Origin: an uncultured Gemmatimonadaceae bacterium
GTDB taxonomy: Bacteria > Gemmatimonadota > Gemmatimonadetes > Gemmatimonadales > Gemmatimonadaceae
Direction: 5' to 3'
DNA: 64,000 nt
Assembly: GCA_963817955.1 (NCBI GenBank)
Contig: CAWFQK010000005.1
Span: forward strand, 156,709 to 220,708
A program made the translations under genes and the position numbers. Positions 58,189 through 64,000 of the stretch are shown here, in pieces; the stretch's first letter is position 1, and every line of letters starts with the position of its first letter. The notes below the pieces were generated by a model that was not told the DNA's origin, searched no databases, and worked only from the letters and a program-made list of their open reading frames with translations.

Positions 58189-61100
58189 GTGCCGACTCTT
58201 CGCTCCGCCGCCGAGTTGTTCTCCCACGCCGATACCATCGAGGGGCTCGCGCGCATCGCGTCGTTCGCGGGATTCGACGGCAAGCCGGCGCCGCTCGATC
58301 GGGAGGCGAAACGCGCGCTCGGAATCGATGACCTGATTACAGACGCGCACGTGTGCCGGGGTGACGGCGCGCTACGCGGGCTGCTCGTGTCAGTACGAGA
58401 AGACCTGGCACTCCGCGATCTGTTACCGCGACTCGCGGCTCTCATCTCGTCGCGAGCGCCACACGTGCTGTGGATGGTGATCGCGCGCCAGCAGCCGTCG
58501 GCCGTCGCCATTGCCGCGTGGACCGATGACCGTCGGCCGCCGCGCATCTCCGCGCTCGTCGCAGACAGCTCGCGCGTCATGGACAGCGACGCCGATACGC
58601 TCCGTGCGCTCGCCGCTGCCGCGACGGATCGGGATCTCCTGACGCACGCCCGCTGGGTGGAAGTGCTGGGGCGCGAGGCTTTGAGCCTGCGCTTCTATCG
58701 CGCGCTCGAGCGAGCGGTGGCGGGTATCGCCCAGTCGTCGAGCGCCGCCTCACACGCCGTACGCAGCGAGCTCGCGTTGCTCAATACGTCGCGTCTGCTC
58801 TTCCTGAGCTTTCTGGAAGCCAAGGGCTGGCTCAATGGGGATCGTGCATTTCTCGCCGGACAATTCGATCGCTGCGCCACTCGCGTCGCGTCGTTCCACG
58901 ATCGTGCGCTACGCCCGCTGTTCTTCGGCACGTTGAACACTCCCTATCACAAACGCGCGGCCGCGGCACGGGCCATGGGCCGGGTTCCATTCCTCAACGG
59001 CGGTCTCTTTTCACGAACTCCGTTGGAGCGCCGCCATGCAAATGTCACGTTCTCCAATGACGCATATGGCGTCTTGCTCTACGACGTGTTCGGCCAATTC
59101 CGATTCACGGCGCGCGAAGAGACCGCGGATTGCTCAGAGGCGGCGATCGATCCGGAAATGCTCGGCCATGCCTTCGAGTCGCTCATGGTACAGGGCGAGC
59201 GGCGGCGCACCGGCGCATTCTTCACTCCGTTTGCGCTCGTCGAGCGTGTCACGAATGCCGGCATAGAGGCCGCGCTCGAGCACCAGACACTCCGCCAAAT
59301 CACGGTGCTCGACCCAGCCTGCGGCTCGGGCGCGTTTCTCGTCCATGCGCTCGAACGCCTGTCCGTGATGCGACATGAAGAGGGCGATGCGCGGGATCGG
59401 TCGTCTGTGCGCCGCGACGTTCTCACACATTCCATCTTCGGCGTGGACGTCAATCCCACGGCCGTATGGCTGTGCGCGCTGCGGCTGTGGCTGTCTGTCA
59501 TCATCGACAGCGCCGAGGAGGACCCGTCGAAGATCGCACCCTTGCCCAATCTCGACCGCAACATTCGCGTCGGTGATTCGCTCGCCGGCCAGGCGTTCGG
59601 CAAGGATCCTATGCCACTTCGCGGCGGTGGCGCGCTGCGCGTGCTGAGGGAGCGCTACACGGTGGCGAGCGGATCGCGCAAGGATGCGCTGGCGAGGCAG
59701 CTCGACCGCTCCGAGCGCGTTCTGGCGGTCCAGGCGCTGGACGCACAGTTGGCGGCGGTTGGCGCGCGACGTCGCGATCTGCTGGTCGCGTGGCGCGGCA
59801 GCGATCTGTTCGGCGGCCGGTACCGTCCATCGCGCGACGAGCGCGCCACGTCACTCGAGCTTCGCCAGCGCGCGGGGGCGCTGCGACGACTTCGTCAGCG
59901 CATTCACGATGGCGGCGCCCTGCCCTTCTCCTTTCCCGCGCACTTTGCCGACGTTGCGGCGCTCGGTGGGTTCAGTCTCCTCGTTGGCAATCCGCCCTGG
60001 GTACGACTGCACCACGTTGCCGCGGACCAGCGGGGCAACCATCGGCGCGACTATGACGTCGCTCGTCACGCGGCGTGGGAGCCGGGCGCCTCGCCGGCGG
60101 GCGCGGCGACTGGATTCGCCGGCCAGGTAGACATGGCCGCGCTGTTCGTCGAACGATCCGTTCGCCTCCTCGCGCCGGGCGGCGCGCTGGCGCTGCTCCT
60201 ACCCGTGAAGCTCTGGCGATCTCTCGCTGGCGGCGGGGTACGTCGCCTGCTCGAGCGAGAAACGACGGTGAGTCTGCTGGAGGATCATTCAGAGGGACCC
60301 GCCGCGTTCGACGCCGCCGTATACCCATCCGTCATCGTCGCCACGCGATCCCAGACCAGCAGCGACGCGCGACCCAACGTGCGGGCCGCCGTGCATCATC
60401 GCGGCAACGCGCCGTTCACCTGGTCGTCCTCGCCGTCGTCGATCTCGTTCGACGAGAGTCCCGGCGCACCCTGGCTGCTGCTGCCGCCCGACGCCCGCCA
60501 AGCCTTTGATCGAATTCGGAAGGCGGGCATACCGCTCGCCGCCAGCGCGATCGGACGCCCGCACCTCGGCGTGAAGTGCGGATGCAACGACGCTTTCATC
60601 GTACGGTTGATGGGATACAACGCCGGTGTCGCCGAGGTGGTCACGGCAAATGGAAAGTGCGTGGCCATAGAAGCTTCGATGCTCAAGCCGTTGGTTCGCG
60701 GCGAGCATCTGCGTCGATGGCAGGTGCCTGACTCCGACGAGCGAATCGTGTGGACGCACGACAACGCCGGCGCCATCCTGGCCGAGCTCCCGCCATGTGC
60801 GGCGCGGTGGCTCGCGCGATGGCGGCGGGAGCTCACCGCACGCAGCGACGCCCACCATCGTTCCCGCTGGTGGGGACTGTTCCGCACGGAAGCGGCCAGG
60901 AGCTACGCGCCGCGCGTCGTCTGGGCCGACCTGGGTCGCGAACCACGCGCGAGCGTCCTTTTGCCTGGCAGCGACCATGTCCCCCTGAATAGCTGTTATG
61001 TGGCACCATGCCGCCACGTTACCGACGCTTTCGCGCTCAGCGCGCTGCTCAACGCCCCCATTGCGCGTGCATGGCTCAATGCGTTGGCCGAGCCGGCGCG

Positions 61101-61311
61101 CGGCGGCTACCGGCGTTATCTCGGCTGGACCCTGTCGCTGTTGCCGGTGCCGACCGACTGGCACCGGGCACGCGACATCCTCGCGCCAATCGGCGAGGCG
61201 GCCCACCGAGGCAGCGCGCCGACCGAGGCTGATCTCGTAGACGCATCCCTCGACGCGTATGGCGTGCCGCTCCAGGACGTCGCTCCGCTCGTCGCTTGGT
61301 GCGCCGAATGA
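58189..61311 (+). CDS. Large N6-adenine DNA methyltransferase (Eco57I/type IIG-like architecture)
   Basis: PFLNGGLF, IDPEMLGHAFE, GAFFTP, motif I VLDPACGSGAFL, PLPNLD.NI.VGDSL, motif IV GNPPW, TRD-like C-terminus. Confidence 0.9.
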   Translation: MPTLRSAAELFSHADTIEGLARIASFAGFDGKPAPLDREAKRALGIDDLITDAHVCRGDGALRGLLVSVREDLALRDLLPRLAALISSRAPHVLWMVIARQQPSAVAIAAWTDDRRPPRISALVADSSRVMDSDADTLRALAAAATDRDLLTHARWVEVLGREALSLRFYRALERAVAGIAQSSSAASHAVRSELALLNTSRLLFLSFLEAKGWLNGDRAFLAGQFDRCATRVASFHDRALRPLFFGTLNTPYHKRAAAARAMGRVPFLNGGLFSRTPLERRHANVTFSNDAYGVLLYDVFGQFRFTAREETADCSEAAIDPEMLGHAFESLMVQGERRRTGAFFTPFALVERVTNAGIEAALEHQTLRQITVLDPACGSGAFLVHALERLSVMRHEEGDARDRSSVRRDVLTHSIFGVDVNPTAVWLCALRLWLSVIIDSAEEDPSKIAPLPNLDRNIRVGDSLAGQAFGKDPMPLRGGGALRVLRERYTVASGSRKDALARQLDRSERVLAVQALDAQLAAVGARRRDLLVAWRGSDLFGGRYRPSRDERATSLELRQRAGALRRLRQRIHDGGALPFSFPAHFADVAALGGFSLLVGNPPWVRLHHVAADQRGNHRRDYDVARHAAWEPGASPAGAATGFAGQVDMAALFVERSVRLLAPGGALALLLPVKLWRSLAGGGVRRLLERETTVSLLEDHSEGPAAFDAAVYPSVIVATRSQTSSDARPNVRAAVHHRGNAPFTWSSSPSSISFDESPGAPWLLLPPDARQAFDRIRKAGIPLAASAIGRPHLGVKCGCNDAFIVRLMGYNAGVAEVVTANGKCVAIEASMLKPLVRGEHLRRWQVPDSDERIVWTHDNAGAILAELPPCAARWLARWRRELTARSDAHHRSRWWGLFRTEAARSYAPRVVWADLGREPRASVLLPGSDHVPLNSCYVAPCRHVTDAFALSALLNAPIARAWLNALAEPARGGYRRYLGWTLSLLPVPTDWHRARDILAPIGEAAHRGSAPTEADLVDASLDAYGVPLQDVAPLVAWCAE

Positions 61312-63593
61312 CGATTCGCGAAGTGCCGGCGCCGGTGGTTCGACATGTCATGGCTACGGCAATGCTCGGCGCACGCCGGTCGATCGCCGAACGGATAGGG
61401 GGTGTGGTGCTGCGACCGCATCAGCGCAACGCCGCTGCGCGCGTACTCGACATCATCCGAGCGGGCGGAGGTGCGCTGCTCGCCGAGCGCGTGGGACGCG
61501 GCAAGACGTATGTATCGCTCGCGGTCGCGTCGCAGCTCGGCGGCGACATCGCCGTCGTGGCGCCGGCCGCACTCCGCGACATGTGGACCGATGCGCTGCG
61601 CTTGTGCGGGATGAGTGCGACGATCGTGAGCCACGAGGCGCTGAGCCGCGGAGCGCCGGCACCGGGCGAACCGGCCGTGATCATTGTCGATGAATCGCAC
61701 CGGTTTCGATCCCCCGCCACACGCCGATATGCGCGCATGGCAGAATGGTGCCGGCGATCGCGCGTGCTACTGGTCACCGCCACGCCGCTGCAGAATCGCC
61801 GCTCCGATCTCGCGGCGCAGTTGGCGCTCTTCCTCGGACGCCAGGCCTGGCAAATGTCGGATGACGAGTTGGCGCGCCATGTCGTGCGTGATGCCGCGGA
61901 ACTCACGGGCGTGCCGCGGATCGAGGGGCCGCACAAGATAGAGCTCGCCGCGCACGACGACTGTCTCGATGAGCTACTGGCACTGCCTCCGCCCATACCC
62001 GCTCGCGATGAATCGCTTGCCGTCACATTGCTCACGTACGGCCTGGTACATCAGTGGACATCGAGTCGCGCGGCGCTACTCGCCGCACTCGAGCGCCGGC
62101 GCGCGCGGGGCCTCGCACTCAGCGCAGCCGTGGAGTCCGGGCGCAGCCCAACGCGCGCCGAGTTGGCGGCATGGACGCACGCCGGCGATGCCATGCAATT
62201 GGCCTTTCCCGAGCTGGTCACGAGTGCGGCTGCCGACGGTGTCGATGACAATCAGCTTCTCGCGGCACTGACGCATCACGTTCGGGGAGTCGAAGCCCTC
62301 ATCCATAGACTTCGGGCCGCCCCTGACCCGGACGACGACCGTGCGTCGGCCCTCCGGCGCGTGCGCGCCGCGCACCCTGGCGAACGGATCATTGCCTTCT
62401 GTCATTACGCCGAGACGGTGTCGACGCTCTGGTCGCGGCTGGCACGCGACGCCCATGTCGCGGCGCTCACGGCGAGCGGCGCGCGCATCGCCAGCGGCCG
62501 AGTAAGTCGCGAGTACGTGCTTCGCCAGTTCATGCCGTCGGCACAGGGTACATCGAACGCAACGGACACAGCCCGGATCGGCCTACTCATTACCACCGAC
62601 CTGCTGAGCGAAGGCCTGAACCTCCAGGAGGCATCGGTGGTCGTACATCTCGACCTTCCATGGAATCCGGCTCGACTGGAACAGCGCGTTGGCCGAGCAT
62701 GCCGACTGGGCTCAAGGCACCCTGTGGTGAGCGTGTATTCCATCTGCCCGCCGACGGCGGCCGAGCGCCTGCTGCAGATCGAGCACCGTCTTCGCAGCAA
62801 GCTGTCGCTCGCGGGGCGAACGGTTGGTATTGCCGGATGCATTCTGCCGTCACCGATCGTGCTCGGGTCGCCAAGTCCGGGGCTCGCCGAGCAATCGACG
62901 GCCATCGAACGCGCGGTGAGCGATTGGCGGGATCCGTCGGATCTGCCCGTTGCTTTGGACGGCGACACGCTCGTGGGAGCGGCACTCGGCCCGCGCGGCG
63001 GGTTTCTCGCGCTCGTGTACGACAGCGATGGCGCGCGGCTCGTGGCCGATATCGGTCATGGCATCAGCACGTCCACGGCCACCATTGCCGCCGCGGTGGA
63101 CTTCGCCCAACATGGCAGCGAAGCGCAGCCGGAGGGGGCAGGCGACGAGGCTCTCGCGCGTGTCGAACGCTGGATCGGGACACAGCATGGGAGCGCGACG
63201 ATCGACTTTCATGCTGCGGCCGCGGCCAGTTCGCGGCGGGCGGCGTTGGCGCGTGTCGCCCAGGCCCTCGCGCGAGCACCGAGGCACCGCCGCGCACTGT
63301 TGGTTCCGTTGGCCGAAGCCGCGCGGGCTGTCGCCACCGCCCCGCTTGGCGAAGGCGCCGAGCGCATTCTGGAGACCCTCGTCCAGGCGCAGCTTCCAGA
63401 CGAAGCGTGGCTCCGATCGATCGCCACGTTCAGCGACCTGAATGCACGGCCGTCGAGGGTGCGACCGTCGCCGATCATGGACCGGGGACGGGTGGTCGCC
63501 CTGCTGCTGTTCGATCCTGGCGGTGGATCGCTTCAGTCTCGCGGCCAGGAGCCGACACTCATGAGTGAGACGCCACCAGGGCTATCTCAATGA
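61308..63593 (+). CDS. SF2 (SNF2-like) helicase
   Basis: LRPHQ, ERVGRGKT, DESH, TATP, TDLLSEGLNLQ, DLPWNPARLEQRVGR. ATGA overlap with the MTase. Confidence 0.9.
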   Translation: MTIREVPAPVVRHVMATAMLGARRSIAERIGGVVLRPHQRNAAARVLDIIRAGGGALLAERVGRGKTYVSLAVASQLGGDIAVVAPAALRDMWTDALRLCGMSATIVSHEALSRGAPAPGEPAVIIVDESHRFRSPATRRYARMAEWCRRSRVLLVTATPLQNRRSDLAAQLALFLGRQAWQMSDDELARHVVRDAAELTGVPRIEGPHKIELAAHDDCLDELLALPPPIPARDESLAVTLLTYGLVHQWTSSRAALLAALERRRARGLALSAAVESGRSPTRAELAAWTHAGDAMQLAFPELVTSAAADGVDDNQLLAALTHHVRGVEALIHRLRAAPDPDDDRASALRRVRAAHPGERIIAFCHYAETVSTLWSRLARDAHVAALTASGARIASGRVSREYVLRQFMPSAQGTSNATDTARIGLLITTDLLSEGLNLQEASVVVHLDLPWNPARLEQRVGRACRLGSRHPVVSVYSICPPTAAERLLQIEHRLRSKLSLAGRTVGIAGCILPSPIVLGSPSPGLAEQSTAIERAVSDWRDPSDLPVALDGDTLVGAALGPRGGFLALVYDSDGARLVADIGHGISTSTATIAAAVDFAQHGSEAQPEGAGDEALARVERWIGTQHGSATIDFHAAAAASSRRAALARVAQALARAPRHRRALLVPLAEAARAVATAPLGEGAERILETLVQAQLPDEAWLRSIATFSDLNARPSRVRPSPIMDRGRVVALLLFDPGGGSLQSRGQEPTLMSETPPGLSQ

Positions 63594-63606
63594 CTCAGAG
63601 TTTCTC

Positions 63607-63816
63607 ATGGCTGACACCCCACCGCACTCGAACGACACACCGCGTCCCGCTCGTCCCGCTCGTCCCGCTCGTCCAGACCTGGACAGTTGGCGTGGCGACA
63701 TCCGCGACACGCCGCCGCGCTGGAAGCGGCGCCCGCGGTCCGAGGCCGTTCGTGCAGCATGGAGGGTGACGCGGCCGCTGCTGGCGAAGATTGGCGAGGG
63801 AAGGACCTGGGAGTGA
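63607..63816 (+). CDS. Small hypothetical protein with an internal (RPA)n repeat
   Basis: 69-aa ORF right after the helicase, containing 9-nt CGTCCCGCT repeats. Confidence 0.35.
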   Translation: MADTPPHSNDTPRPARPARPARPDLDSWRGDIRDTPPRWKRRPRSEAVRAAWRVTRPLLAKIGEGRTWE

Positions 63817-63835
63817 GCGAAGCGCGCAGGGCAAT

Positions 63836-63899
63836 GAGCGAAGAACCACGAGCGAAGAACCACGAGCGAAGAACCACGAGCGAAGAACCACGAGCGAAG
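63836..63899 (+). repeat. 14-nt tandem repeat GAGCGAAGAACCAC, about 4.6 copies
   Basis: Four perfect copies plus a partial copy. Confidence 0.92.
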
Positions 63900-63949
63900 C
63901 GCGAAGGACAGCAGGCGATAGGAAATAGGGGATCGCCGGGGGGCGACAA

Positions 63950-63996
63950 GAGCGGTTGGCGTGGGCGCTAATTTGAATTCGCCCACCCAACCGCTC
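63950..63996. other. Long hairpin (17-bp stem, one bulge)
   Basis: GAGCGGTTGG-C-GTGGGCG pairs with CGCCCAC-CCAACCGCTC around a 12-nt AT-rich loop. Confidence 0.7.
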
Positions 63997-64000
63997 GCCG

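Overview
A GC-rich bacterial chromosomal window, most likely from Gemmatimonadota. This assignment is an inference from the gene mix: carboxypeptidase-regulatory/plug proteins, DUF5916, a PadR-ADOP permease pair and BlaI-M56. Most of it is ordinary metabolism and transport: a VOC protein, a membrane-anchored MutS-like ATPase, a cysteine desulfurase-like aminotransferase, several ABC systems, a TonB receptor, acyl-CoA dehydrogenase, an iorAB-type molybdoenzyme, tetraheme cytochrome c3, mntH-usp-mntR, Nudix, rhodanese, S66 peptidase, a DAACS symporter and a GT2. I saw no rRNA, tRNA, CRISPR array or intact transposase. The most unusual features are: (1) an all-helical hypothetical gene (20478-21224) followed by a terminator and then 18 strictly phased, degenerate 21-nt units whose conserved bases look like nucleotide-level, helically phased constraint; (2) several dispersed small repeat families, including a 107-bp element in two near-identical copies 52 kb apart, heptamer G(G/A)GACAC arrays, a TGTCATCCTGAGCG motif and an inverted-repeat-bounded GxxExxY-like remnant; (3) a translationally coupled N6-MTase plus SF2 helicase pair with no obvious nuclease; (4) a small decayed island holding a small ORF plus nucleotidyltransferase pair and XRE/ImmA remnants. 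Family names come from motif recognition by eye, not from database searches.
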